A stretch of DNA of 61,993 bases, filler included, from Jimgerdemannia flammicorona (lineage: Eukaryota): NCBI GenBank assembly GCA_003990765.1. It is 3 parts of 3 records of this genome, joined end to end, with 100 filler letters (N's around TTAATTAATTAA, not from the genome) between each part and the next. Parts side by side here need not be neighbours in the genome. Positions count along the whole stretch, not along the records: positions 1 to 20,598 come from RBNJ01001639.1; positions 20,699 to 41,296 come from RBNJ01001640.1; 1 more part is not named here. The stretch is one strand, 5' to 3'. The position numbers were made by a program, and so were the translations under genes. The notes beneath the pieces are model-generated. The model saw only the letters and a program-made list of their open reading frames with translations. It made no database searches and was not told the DNA's origin. Below, in pieces: positions 14,802-27,754 of this stretch; position 1 is the stretch's first letter; the number at the start of each line of letters is the position of its first letter.

Positions 14802-16845
14802 ATGGTGACCAATGAGCATCCAGAGGTGTGTACTGGGCAGGGTGGCCCTGGAGCGTTTGAATGGCAGCAAGTGGGGAGAGGCCCTGGCTTGGGGGGAAGT
14901 ATGAGGGGCCTGCTGGCAGGGGGCCATGGTGGAAGAGGGGGCAGTGCTGGAGGTCAAGGGTCTGGCAGGGTGAGCTTTGCGGAGAAGGTGAAGGGGGGTC
15001 GACAGAGAGCTGGACTGGAGAGCTGGACTGGAGAGCTGGCTGAGAGGGGGGAAGGTACTAGTGACAGCTTCCAGGCAGCAACCTCTTGAGGGTGCCTCTC
15101 TGGAGGGCCATAGGAGTGGAGCTGGGGGGGTAGCGACTGGGGCAGGGACTGCTGATGGGGGTGTGATGGGTGATCTGGAAAAAAATCTAGATGGGACTGC
15201 TGATGGTGAGCCAAGCAGTGGGAAGGGCATGAGGCCTGGGGATCTGGCGGATGGTGTAATGGGACTGGCGGTGGCTCCATTACTCAAGAAGTCGATCTCG
15301 GTATTCGCAGTCACACTGTGCTTCCAGGGCTTAGCAGTGACGGCAAAAATGGTGTTGGGGCTTATCACTAAGCAGGTGGCAGGAGCAGCTTTGGTGAAGT
15401 TTCTGAAGGGACTGGAGGGGGTGGAGGTGGGATTTGAGGAGGTGAAATCGCTGGAGGAGGTGCTGAAGGTTGGGTTGGTGGTTGGGGAGGTGTATGTTCC
15501 GATGGCGAGGTGTTTGAAATGGGATCCGAGGGTGGTCCAACTGCTGGTAAAAGGAGTACTCACAGTGATGGTGATGGAGACAAGGAAGAGAGTGGAGGAT
15601 GTCATGGCGGAGTATGGAGAGGTGGTAGATATCGGATTCAGGGTCTGGGAAGGGACCACGCTCAGGACTGGAAATGTGGATATGAGGATTCGGCTAGCTG
15701 GGAAAGAGGCTACCGGGAAGACGAGGGACTGGCCTTCAGTATTGGTCTGGAGAGCTTTCCTGTGCAAGGTGATGTGGGTGAAAGGAAGTGAAGAGGAGGA
15801 GGAAGATTTATTGAAAGTGCTGGAGGAGCTGGATGGGGCTGTGGAAAGGCGAGCTAAGGCCTGGAAGACTTTCGAGGAGTCGACACTCCTGGAGGTGGTG
15901 AATGGAAAGAGGATTCGAGTGGACAAGGTGCAGTGGGAAAGGGCTCAGGGGCGGAAGAGGCAGAAGGATTTGCTGGCTAAGCTGGGGGGTGGACATCAGA
16001 AGGATGTGAGCATGAAGACAGGTACAGAAGGGGCCGGAGCAAGTGTCTGGACTGGTGAGAGGAGTGGGAATGATGGGGCAGGGTCAGGGAAGGTTAAGGA
16101 GGTGAAGATTAGAGACCTATATGCTGACAGCACCTTGGAAATTTGGAATGATGGCTGGGAGAACTCCCCCACCCCTTCCCCTCTAATCAGGCATGGCCCG
16201 GCTTCCAGGAACAAGCCTGGGGAGGACGTGATGATGCTGGGAACCCAGCAGGTGAAATTCAGTGTTCCAGAGGTGTTGGATGGGGACCAAGTAGTGGCAG
16301 CAGGGGAGGAGGAACTAGTGGATGTCCCGGAGGTGTGGGATGAGGATGTGAGTGCGGGAGCAGACACCACGATGCTGGATGGAGGGAGGCCGGCAACCCC
16401 TGGTGGAAAGGAGGTGGGGAACCTACTTTGGATGTGCCAGATGATGAATAACCTGGCGGCAGAAGAGCTGGGGGAGGTGGACTTGCATGGGATAGGTGAT
16501 GAGCACTGGACGAGAATTTTGCAAGGGGCAGGAGTGGCGATGGTGTTGAAGGCGGAAATTCTTGCAGTGTACCTGGAGGAGGAAGGGTATGAGGTGGATA
16601 AGGAGAGGGAGGTGGAGTTGGCGGTGGTTGCTGAGGAGAAGGCTGAGTACTATTGGAATAGGCATCATGGGTTGCAGCTTTGGCAGGAGGCTTGCATCGA
16701 GTACCAAGAGGAGTTTGAGGAGAAGGCTGATGAGGAGATGAATGAGCTATTGGCTGGACTGGAGGCTCAGAGGGCTGAAGAGGAGGAGGTGATGGCTGAA
16801 CATAATCTGGATATGGCACAGGAGGAGAGGGACATGGAGCAGTAG
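14802..16845 (+). pseudogene. LINE ORF1 (frameshift near 15060-15090; 594-aa open part)
   Basis: RRM-like EDVMAEYGEVVDIGFRVWEGTTLRTGNVDMRIRL. Acidic helical C-terminus. Ends 30 nt before ORF2. Confidence 0.8.
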
Positions 16846-16875
16846 GGATTAATTGAGAACAAACCGTATTTTATT

Positions 16876-19800
16876 ATGAACAGTACAACCAACATTTTTT
16901 CTTTGAACGTGAATGGGCTAAGGGGCGCAATTAGACACAGGAACATTTTTCTTTGGTTAAAGGGATTGGAGGCCGATCTCTTCCTCTTACAGGATGTCAG
17001 GTGTGAGGATGACGCTGATAGGATGGAATGGACTAAGGAATGGGGTGGTATGGTGATTTGGAACAGCAAGGTTGGGATTCTGGTTTGGAAAGGCAGAGGG
17101 GAGATAAAGGATGTGAGGAGCTGGGGGGAGAGACTGGTCTGGGGTAAGTGGATTCGAGCAGGTTGGGAGTCAGTCACAGTTGGCTCCTGTTACTGCCCTG
17201 CAGTGCGGGGGGAGTGTGTGGATTGGGTGAAAGGGCTCCTGGAGAGTGGGATCCTTACTGAAGCTGGATTGGATATGCTTGGAGGAGATTTCAATATGGT
17301 TCAGGATGTACAGCTGGATACAACTGATGGAGGACGGGGTGCAGAGAGCAGGAGTGGGGGGTTAGCAATGTGGGAGGAGGTTGAAAGGCTAGAAGCACTG
17401 GTGGATGCTGGTAGAGAGTACTGGGGGGACAGGAGAGTATATACGCATTGGGTTAGAGGCCTGGGGACAAGGATTAACTGGATTCTGATGACCAACTGTT
17501 GGGGCCATAATGTCTGGAAGGTGATAGAGATAGAATGGTGTCCGTGGTCAGATCACTGGGTCCTCTTGGGATAGGGGTGTTTTGGGGAAAGTAGAGATGG
17601 GCCTGGACATTGGTGCCTGAATTCCTCCTTGTTGGATGATGAGGTCCGGTGGGAGGAGTGGGCGAAAGACATTCAGCTGAAGGTGGCGAATTGGCAGCAG
17701 GAAGGGGCCGCGATTGGGGTTCGGTGGATGAGAATGAAAGAGATGGCCAGGATGTATTGGAGCGAGGTTGGCAGAGTGGCTGGGAAGCAGTGAAGGCAGA
17801 AAGTGTATTGGGCTTCTACTAGATTGGCTAGGCTCCTGGAGGAGTGGGCGAGACTGGCTGCAGTGGAGGGAGACAAGGATTGGAGAATAACGAGAGTGAG
17901 GATGGAGGTTGGGGAACTGCAACAGGTGCTGCAGGAAGAGAAAGAGTCAAGGGTGCAAGGCCTGGTGGCATGGCTTCGTTGGCAGGGGGTGGAGGAAGGG
18001 GAGAGGCCTTCCAAGTTTCTCACAAGGACACTTCGAGTGAGAAGGATATAGCAGCGGTGGGAAGGGGTACTTGACTCAGATGATGTACTAGTGCATGGTG
18101 TACAGGACATCCTTGGAATGCTGAAGGCATGATGGAGTGGATTGTGGAGTGAGGAGGAGGGTGGGGCAGATGCTATAGCCATTGACCAAACATTAGAAGA
18201 TTGGCACCCACCACAAGCTGAGAGACTAGGTGACCTGGTAATACCAGTAAAGGAGGATGAGATCCACTAGGTTCTTGCCACGACAGCCTCAGGTACGGCG
18301 CCTGGGGAGGATGGCCTCCCCTGGGATTTCTGGAAGCAAATGGTTGGAGTCCCAGGCATATTGGGGGAGTTGACAGCACTGTGTGACTCTATATTGCAGT
18401 CAGGGAGATGGGTGGGAGAGCAAGACCTTGGGCTGGTGATGCTGCTTTATAAGAACAAGGGAAGGTGAGAGGATTGGAAGAACTGGCAGCCGATAATGTT
18501 GCTAGATATGGACAAGAAGTTGGTGACTAAGGTGGTGGTTGCAAGGCTACAGAAGGTGGCCCAGCAAATTGTGGGTATTGAACAGAGGGGCTTCGTAGGG
18601 GGTTGGCTCATTAGAGATGGCATGGCCTGGGTACATGAAGTTATTGAAGGTGCTTGAGCCTGTGGACTAGATGGGCGTCTTGTCTTCTTGGATCAGGAGA
18701 AGGCTTATGACCGGGTGCGATGAGTCTGGCTGGCGAAAGTATTAGATAGAATTGGAGTTCCAGCCCCATTTCGGTCAGCGATGGTCAGCCTACTGGAAAG
18801 GAGTAGGGCTGCGCTTATATGCAATGGGCATCGAGGGGTGGCTTTCCCTCTGGGTAGGGGAGTGCCTCAGGGAGACCCACTGTCCCCCATTTTGTATGCT
18901 CTTTCCTTGGAACCTCTCATGGACAGGATTCAGCGGAGGATCATGGGGCTCTCTATCTATGGAGTTGGCTGGAAGGTTGGAGCTTTTGCGGATGATATGG
19001 TGGTTGGTTTGGGAGTGACTGTGGATGTCGAGGAGCTCCAGAAGACAGTAGAGTGGTATGAGGTGAACTCTGGGGCAAAGCTGAATTGGCACAAGTGTGA
19101 AACAATGGTACTGGGCAATGGCTTGGTGGGCAGAGAAGTTATTGGAACAATTGTCCCCACCAGAGAGGCAGTGCGGTACTTGGGCATCTATTTATCAGTC
19201 TATGGGTCTGTTTTGACCAGGCTGTGGTGGGAGTAGAGGATTGGAATTTGGGAGGAGGACCTATGGGGTTGGGGGGGTAGACACTTCTCTCTGGCAGGAA
19301 GGATCTCGATTTTGAATATTTACTAGCTGCTGAAGCTGTGGTATTTGGCCTATCATCTGGACTTCCCAGCCTAGGTGGTGAAGAGATTGGTGAAAGTGGC
19401 CAAGGGATGGATTTGGGCTGGCAGATGGAGTCAGATTGGTTGGGAGACTCTGTCCCTACCGGTGGCAAGAGGTGGTCTTGGGCTGGTAGACTTCCCCAAA
19501 AGACTACACTGCTTGCAGGCTTGGTGGCTGAGGAGGGCGGTGGAGTTGCATGGAGGAGGCTGAGTCCCCTTGCTGCAGAAGATATGGGAGGGGAGGACAT
19601 CACCTAGAGGCTTGACTAGTGATCTTCTGTCATTAGTTGGGCTTCAGAACACTGCGCAACTGAGATATAAAGACTTCTGGTGGGGTATAGCTGAGGGGGC
19701 ACACCGCATTGGTATTCACTGGTGAGGGGATGAGGGGGAGAGGGCTTGGGGCCTGGCGATGTGGAGATGGGATAGTATTCTTCTGGGAGGCATGCCTTTA

Positions 19801-20532
19801 CTGGAGTTCAACATTAGTGATGGCATCGAATGCCAAAGGGGACCAGACCAGGATCTGTGGCCTAGTGGTTGGCAAGGAGTTGGAATTGGTGAGGAGTGGG
19901 ACTGGCATGGGGTTTGGACCTGGAGTGCCACAGTGAAAAATTGGATGCTGCCGAAGTACTGGATAGTCTGGTGGTGTGTGTTGAGGAGGAATGTGATGCT
20001 TAACTTCTGCTCAGGACATCTTGTTGTTGGGGGCTGCTTTGACTGTGAGGAGTGCCATAATGTAGGGCAGGAAGGGGGATTGGTATAGATGCCGGAACAT
20101 TGGCTAGGGGAGTATGAGGTGTTGGGAGACTTTTGGTAGGCCATTGGGGACTGCTTGGGGGTAAGGCATAGGGGTGATGATGTACAGGGAAGGTGGGAGG
20201 ACCTGAGGGATCAATTGATAGGAGGGGTAGAGGAAGAGTGGATTATGCTAGGCTGGGCATTGGCTATCTGGGTTGGGCTGGCCAGCCACTGGCTATTTGT
20301 ATTTGAGGAGGAGAAGCGACAGAGCTTGGGGAGCCGGTTAGCAAGGTGGCAGTTCTTTATGGAGGATACCTTGATGGGCTGGTGGCTTGGTTGGGGGCTG
20401 CAGGGGGGTCGGAGGCACCGCTTGGTGGTGAAAATCTGTGGTCAGAGTGGTGGGAGAGTTGGAGTTGTTGGTGAGAGGGTGGTCTTTATACATGAGGAGG
20501 TGGGGTGGGGCCCCCTGATGGGGATCAGTTAG
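16876..20532 (+). pseudogene. LINE ORF2: APE endonuclease + reverse transcriptase
   Basis: All fragments are in one frame (~1218 codons) with in-frame stops. Motifs SLNVNGL, LLQD, GGDFN, SDH, PGEDG, DQEKAYD, GVPQGDPLSP, AFADD, YLGI and CEEC...EHW. Confidence 0.95.
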
Positions 20533-20598
20533 TGGGTGGTGATATTGTATACTTATTCATAGACTGGTAATAAAGACGGAGTCCAAGGGACTATAAAA

Positions 20599-20698
20599 NN
20601 NNNNNNNNNNNNNNNNNNNNNNNNNNNNNNNNNNNNNNNNNNTTAATTAATTAANNNNNNNNNNNNNNNNNNNNNNNNNNNNNNNNNNNNNNNNNNNN
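20599..20698. other. Assembly gap with TTAATTAATTAA spacer
   Basis: 100-nt N block with a six-frame-stop linker at 20643-20654. Confidence 0.97.
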
Positions 20699-22120
20699 TT
20701 CAGCTCGGATTGGCTCAGGATAGCCTTGTACTTGTTGTACTGGTCTATAATCTGCTTCTCAACATCCTTGTGCTCCAGCAACTTGCTGTTCAATGTTTCG
20801 ATATCCCATCCTGATAACTTGCCTTTGGAGTTCTGGGTATAAGCCATTGAGGAAGGTAGTTGAGGCTAGGGCCAGTTGGACTGCTGGTTGAAGGTTCGCC
20901 TTGATCATTTGAGCTTGAATCCGATGGTAGAAACTCTTGGGAGTTTCATTGGCAGCTTGGCTCATGTAGGTCAAAGCCTCCTGTGCTTCTTGTTGGCACT
21001 CGAATCCATTGAACTGGGCACGGAGCCAGGCTTTGTGAATCATGTACTTTGCTATATGATTTCTATCAGGTTGAAGGCCATCATTTAGTTCCTCTGTATG
21101 GATTCCTCCTCTGGCTTGCTTGGCTTGATTATACCTCTGTAGGGCCAGTCCTCTCAGGAGTGACTCTACGATTCTGAGTTTTCTTGCAGCATCCCACTGT
21201 TTGGTGGCTGCTTGAACTTCAATTTCTCCAAAGAATTTCTCGATATCTTCATTGTCTGTACCATGGAACTTCTGAAGGTAGCTCATGTCTGGCTCATCTT
21301 CACTATCTGAGTATTGTTCAGGGGTAGGAGATCTGGCAGATCCTCGGGGTGATGGAAAAGATGGTGGTACTAGTACTTGATGAACTAGTGGTGCTGGCAG
21401 AGGGTGGTATCTTGGTGAGGGTGAGGGTAATCTGGCTCTTCTAATTAATGCTGGGGTTGAAGTCCTGGGTAGTGGTGGGGATCTTCTGATTGACTGGTGA
21501 TAGTGGCGAGGTGTGAGTGACCAGGGTACTGAAGTTCGAGCAACTGATGGTGGGAGAGGACTAATATAACTGATAGTGAGTTCATCTGCCCCTTGCTGTT
21601 GTGAAGTAGTGAGGTCTTGTTCGTCTGGTTGCTGCTGTGGGTCAGTGTCACTGTCTGGATAATAGTATAGGTTGAATTCGTCCCTTTGATGGTCTGATCC
21701 CCAATCGTCGTCTTGCTCTGGTTGATATGGATGGTAGTCCTCTTCTCCTTCTGATGTTTCAAAGTATACCCGGTCTAGTGGAGTGACTCGAGTAACAACA
21801 GTAGTTATATAGTCACTTCTGTCTGAGTTCTTCCTATGGATAAGAGTCTGATACTCCTCAGGGATATCCTCTTCTTCTTCTTCTTGGCCTAAGTCTTGGA
21901 TCTGAAGGGGCAGTTCTGGTTGTCCTCTGAGTCATCTTCTTTCTCTTGAAGTCAAACCGTAATCTGGGTCACTTCTTTCTTCTGATTCGGTTTTCTGGTT
22001 ACTGGTGTTGAATAGGGTCCTGGCTACTATTCTGACAAGGGTGTGGGCTTTCTTTTCTGCTGAGGAGGGCTGTTGCTGCCCCTGATTTGGTTGCTGACTT
22101 GGTCCTGCTAAGTTCTCCAC
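20699..22120 (-). pseudogene. E2 gag (N-terminal extension + capsid)
   Basis: ORFs 21932-22120 and 20759-21286 match E5 44280-45700. Confidence 0.9.
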
Positions 22121-22188
22121 TGTAGATAGCTGGGTTCTTGAGCCAAATGGTCAAGTCTTTTGAAAACTTCCCAGTTGAGCCCCTAAAA

Positions 22189-24712
22189 TGTAGTGTTGGT
22201 TATGTATAATGAACTTCGACTGCACAGCTCAATGTGTGCCACTGGTGAAGCGTGCGATGGATAACTGAATGCATTGGAGACGTTTGCAGATTGATGGTCA
22301 CATGACGGGTTGTTCGAAACATGCGATAATAGCGGGACTTCGATTGTTCAATGATGGCTCAATTGTTTAGTGGATAAGGGCGGCGATTATGCAGGCTAAG
22401 TTTCCTGGCGGCGATTAACTTGACGGCAAACTCGAATTTATGCAGCGATGGTCTTGATGGTCTTGCTCTTTATGTGGTCAATTAAAGCAGGTGACGGTCT
22501 TGACTTTTAAGCAGTTCATGGCGCAGTAGGTTGGAAAATGGAGAAGCGGAGGTTGACGGCTCGCTTGTCCATCTTGGTTAACTTGAAAGGTTCCTGGCAG
22601 TCGTTCGAGTATCTTGGCGGGTCTTGTATGGATATCCTTGAGTTCCTTGGCTTTTCGGGGTCTTGAATCTCGAATGGCGGTGGTTCTTGAATGGCGGCGG
22701 TCAGGTAACATTTTCTTTCCATAGCAAGAGAAAATTCTTTAACTCAAACCTCGAGCGATCGTTGCTCTAGTTATCTTGTTCTCAGAATTTATCTGGTCTC
22801 TTGGAGGCAGTGAGGTTTCTCAGTAATCCTTTTTTTACTTTTAAACACAAGCTGACTGACTTGCGGGCAGTCCGTGATCTTGAATCCTTTTCGTAGTGGC
22901 GAAATTGGCAGGCGGTCCGTGGTCTTGAATCCTTGGCTGGGTAACTTGGGTCTCAAATGGTGGCGGTCGGGTAACATTTTCTTTCCGTGGCAAGAGAAAA
23001 TTCTTTAACTCAAACCTCGAGCAATCGTTGCTCTAGTTATCTTGTCCTCAGAATTTATCTAGTCTCTTGGAGGCAGTGGTTATTTCTCAAAACCAGTTGA
23101 CTGACTGAGGTTTATTCACTCTAAGAATATGGGTTATTTATACAAGTTTGCTAGCTATGGGGGAGGGGCATGACTAAGGCTAAGGTATACTACGTTGTGG
23201 CAAACTTCGCTATGCTATTGGCTTGCACGATGTGAGGTGCAGGCTATTGTTTACTACAGATTGGGTTGTAGGGGGATAGCAATGCTGAAAACAGTTGTGA
23301 CAATTGTTTGTGCCAAATAGGGATAAGATGAGTGCTAGTGCTGGATATGGATGTTATGGGTAGTAATGCTGGATTCGGACTTGCTGACTTGCTGTGATGA
23401 TTGTTGCCAGAAACGGTTGTGGAGGGTGGCAACGCTGAAAATGGACTTGCTGACAAAAATGCTGACATGAAGGCTGCACAATTCTCACGGCTGATGGGTG
23501 GCACTTCTAGAGGGAATAGTAGTACCCTTCGTCCGTGGTGGGCAAATCTTACTGGGTTGCGATTTCTTCTTCATCATATCTCTCCTCAAAGGGGGGGAGT
23601 GCCAGCCAAGAGGTGAGGGGGTAGAAAAGTGGCCAGTCATCTTCGACAACATTCTCCAACCCTTGAACAGCTTGAATGCGGACAGAGGACTGGTAGGCTC
23701 TCTGTTGCTCCTCTTCTTCTTCTGAAAACTTGTCAGTTTCGGTATCAGAGGGGGTTTCTTCAGGGGCAGGGTCTTGGAGTTCTTGGGCTTCCTCTTTAAA
23801 GATAGGGACCTCTTGGGCTTCTTCTTGATTCGGTTCCCAAATGATGAGATGTGAGTTGTGGCTGACAGGGTGGTGGGTGGTTGGGGTGGCTCCAATGGGT
23901 GCTTCTATGGTAATGGGCAGTTCTTCAAATATCTCCATAAGACTCATTAGATGACCTTGATGGTTGTCTCGGAGTGGGGTGGTGTGGAAACCTGGCTGAG
24001 TAGGTTTGGTTTGTTGACTTCCTACAGTGACACAGTTGCTGCCAATGGAGTTGGCTACTTCAGATTCTATCTAGTCTGCATCTTCAGTTGAGAGGCGGGC
24101 AAGACTTCCAGCAGTTACTCCTTGTAAGTGTGCTATAGCCCAGGGAATATGGCGGAAGATTTGGTGGACACGGAGGGCTCTCTTGATTAGCCGGCTGGTG
24201 GTTAACAACTTGGTAATGAGGCCTTCCCGGTCATCTTCTTGAGTTTCATTGCAGAGACAGTGTCCGATTTCGTAGTCATGCCAGAGGGTCATTCATTCAG
24301 TAGTGTCTTTGAGCTGTTGGGTCATTATATACTGGTAGTTGATGAAGTATCCAAGGTCCTCAGTATAGAAGTTCAAGTGTTTGGAAGTATCTGGGCGCCA
24401 GATGGCCTTCTTGATAGCTTCAAAGATCAGAGTCTTTGGGCCGGGCAAAGGGGTAGAGCGGTGGGAGGTCTGGTTGGATCGGCGAATGGGAGGCAAGGTG
24501 TGGTGGGTACTTGGTTCTTTGGTGCTAATCCCTGAGGCAGAGTATGGTTCCTTAAATAATGTGGTCTTCATTTTGGCTCAGATCATCTTATCTTCTTTTG
24601 GTGAAATCGCTTGACGGATTGGGCTGGTCACCAGTTATCGCACCATAATGTCATCTGATCTTGTGGTCATAGGGTACTCCGAATTTGGATAGGGTTAATT
24701 GTAGACATCACA
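22189..24712 (-). repeat. E2 5' LTR (2524 bp) containing the accessory ORF
   Basis: Starts TGTGATGTCTACAATT and ends ACCAACACTACA. Homologous to the E5 LTRs. ORF pieces at 24293-24571, 24071-24292 and 23549-23947. Confidence 0.92.
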
Positions 24713-27700
24713 ATATATATGTTCAGAAGTTGGGGTTATTTATTTGGTTTATTGTAATTCTCTATTTTGATATATCTTAGTACTTGGTATATATATATTT
24801 GATCTTTATTAGTAAGACTCTGTTTGTATAAATTTTATATTTTGTGATTTTGAGTTGACTCAGCTTTGTATACTATAACTTCAGTTTAACTCAGCTTCAT
24901 GATTATATATATAATTTCTGGATTTGTTCAGAGGTGATATATGATTTCAGTGGCTTAAAGATTGTGTGCTTACAGTCAGTGTGAGTATATACTAAACTAG
25001 TGCAGAGACTAGTATGACTACTATAATATTACTAGCTAAAGAAGGCTGAAATTAGTGTAAAATCATTATTATCTTACTAATATTCTTGATTTTTCTAATA
25101 TATAACCTTACTAGTAATATGAATCTGATGATGTCAGCTTAATGATATCATTCTTTATAATATTAAAGTGTAATTTTATTATAAAGATAATTGATATACT
25201 ATATAGTAATTTCAATAGACATATATATGAGATCTTTGTTTGACAAGTCTATTAGCTGTTTCTTAAGAGTTTCTAGCTCAGGCTGAACTAGTCTATAGAT
25301 TCCACAGTAAGAAGGATCTGCTCTTGAAGTGGTTTCAATGCTATTTTACTACTCAGATAGATAATAGTCCTTAAGATTCTTAAAAGACATCTTTATAGTC
25401 TTTAAGTAGTTTCTGGAGGCTTTTTTCTTTATTATCTTTATCCTTCAATAGCTTAGAAAGATTATTATCAATTATTATCTTCTGCTGATAATTCTTTAAT
25501 AATATATATATAAATGTACTGCTCTGGTTTCTAGATTAGCTTTTTTATTTAGATAGTAGAAATAATATTGCACTTAAGTTTTGCTTTCTTCTTAGTCTAT
25601 TCTAGCTATAGTTTGATATATCCTAGAGAGATTATATTGGTTTACTAGTCAATATGTGGATTTTCTTAAGTGAGCTAGGATTTTCTAAGAATAAGTTTGT
25701 ATCTTAAAAGATATATAATATGGAAGATCTGTTTTGTAGTATAGTCTCTTAGTTATAGAAGTATATTCTGACAGATTTTTGAGAGTTTCTGAGTAATTTT
25801 ATTTTCAAATATAATAATGTTTCCTTTTAGATTTCTTTGCATCTTAAGTCTAAACTTATTAGTAGTTTCTTTATCATAATAGTACTTATTTGCTTTACTA
25901 TTAATAAGGACTTTAATAGAGTTTTTTTTAATTTTCCCTTATAGATAAATATATTTAAAGTTATTTTCTTATTAGATAGTAATTGTTTTGAAGAAGCTTC
26001 TTCTTCTCAATCTTGTATATCTCTATCAACATTATTGATATTCTTGATTTTCTCATCTTATTTTTCTGGAATAGTTGGCTTGTACTTCTTGAATTTAAGA
26101 ATATATATAATATATTCTTCTATATATACATATATTCAAAACAGTACTCTTGACTCCAAGAGAATATTGTTCTATAGAGATATATCTATTGGTAATATAC
26201 TGATACTATTTCTGATCTCAGTCTTGAGATTCTTTAATATAAATAATCTTCTATATCTTGATCTTCTCCTTAGTCTTATCAGGGTGTTTTTTTTATTAAT
26301 CTGAAAGCTTTTTCTCTTCTATTAGAGAGTAATAGTTTATTTATTTCTTTAACTTCAAGATTATTATATATTCTCAATGATGGCTTGGCAATTTATTTTT
26401 CATATATGATTTTGACTGTCTTCTATTTAGTATTATATAGTAGAACCTTAATTTTTATCTTTAAATCCTTAGTTTATAACTCTTTCAACTATACAGAGTC
26501 TCTCTTTCTTGGTCAGACTACTTCTTTTTATAAGATAGATATAGGTTCTTCTATTCTAATATCTATGCTAATAGTTACTTACTTATCTAGTTTAATAATT
26601 ACTTCTATACTGAAGTAGAAATTATAGCTAGCATTAGATTTATATACTTTGTCTAAGATTTTGCAGTGATATAGATTCTCTTGATCTTAATTTTCTCAGA
26701 GATTTCTTTAGAATTATCTCTTGTTATAGTGATAGTATATAAAGAGAATAGTTCTTTATTTATATTGATTTTCTTTATTAGAGTATTCATGAGACATATG
26801 TCCTCTCTTTTTGTAGTAGAAATATACTCTTTTTTTTTATAAGTTTCTTTATTTTCTTATTGGATAATTTCTTAAATTCTTTTTATAATTTTGAGAAGTT
26901 ATTTTGGGGTTTATATTTCTTCTCAAATTGATATTACTTGTCTTTTTTATTGTAGTTTCTATTATCTCTTAGTCTTTGGGCTGCTAAGATGATATATATT
27001 CTAGTAATAGCTTATTCTAAGTGCCATTATTTATATAGACAATTGTAGAGTCATTCTTACTTCTAAATCTTTTCTGATAACTATTTAAAGATAGTATCAA
27101 AAATGTATACTGCTCTGGTTCTATTCACAGTTTATTCTCATCAGCTATATTCTACTCTTATAGTATTTAGAAGAGTTTCTAATCTTATTACAAATGCTTT
27201 TAAGCCTTCTTTTTTATTATTGTAGAATTAGAGATTCTTGAGCTTAATTCTGGCTTTGATAATATAAATAGAGCTACAAAACTGTTAGATGATCAGCTCT
27301 TTTAGGCCCATAGTAGATAAGTAGGCTTATAGTTAGGACAATTATTATCTCTTTTACTTATATTAACTTTGATACAAGTTTCTCAGATAAGAGAGTGTAC
27401 TAAAAGATTATACCACTACTAAGTAGCTATATATATAAAATAGGTAGTAAATTTTCTACTTGTGAGTTTATAGTTATATAGAGATTTCTTATCTCATAGT
27501 ACTTATTATTATTAAGTACTATCTGAGTTCTGATTATCATTCTATCTATTGGTATAATAATTGATATATATTAACTTATTCTATAAATATTATTACTTGG
27601 TCTACTTTGTCTTTAAATAATATGAGACAGAGATCTTTTATAAGTTTGTTTATTTCAATACTGAGGCAGAGGGCTTAGATAAGTATGGTCACTTAGTTAG

Positions 27701-27754
27701 CTAGGGCTGCTATCTTTTTGTCTGCTGATGTCATTCTATTACTTATGTATATAG
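24713..27754 (-). mobile_element. Old AT-drifted Gypsy relic with dUTPase, host of E2/E3 insertions (probably continues 36502-36959)
   Basis: Minus-strand translation ~26620-26295 gives SLTKK..VERVIN*GFK..IKVLLYN..IA.A..NRREKSFR (decayed dUTPase motifs). ~25345-25180 gives PSYCGIYRLVQPELETLKKQLIDL (Ty3-type RT N-terminus). Confidence 0.65.

Larger units (their letters stand above)
14725..20598 (+). mobile_element. Non-LTR retrotransposon (LINE, L1/Tx1-like), near full length
   Basis: ORF1 plus ORF2 with APE, RT and C-terminal Cys/His motif. G-rich composition. AATAAA ~20569 and A-run running into the gap. 5' boundary approximate. Confidence 0.9.
20699..24712 (-). mobile_element. E2: 5' part of a Gypsy element of the E5 family, cut by the gap
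   Basis: LTR 24712-22189. PBS TAGGGGCTCAACTGGGAA. Gag MSYLQKFHGTDNEDIEKFFGEIE nearly identical to E5. Outer flank ATAT. Confidence 0.93.

Noticed and set aside
14739..15926. 395-aa Ser/Thr/Pro-rich minus-strand ORF and similar antisense ORFs
   Set aside because: Shadow frames of the G-rich LINE ORF1, with no independent domain signal.
16876..20532. In-frame TGA/TAG as an alternative genetic code or selenocysteine
   Set aside because: Stops fall at Arg/Gln/Trp positions explained by C>T/G>A, and they differ between homologous copies of the LTR elements. The host gene uses the standard code.
20643..20654. Palindromic TTAATTAATTAA within N runs (also 41341-41352)
   Set aside because: Artificial contig-joining linker. 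Adjacency across these gaps is not reliable.
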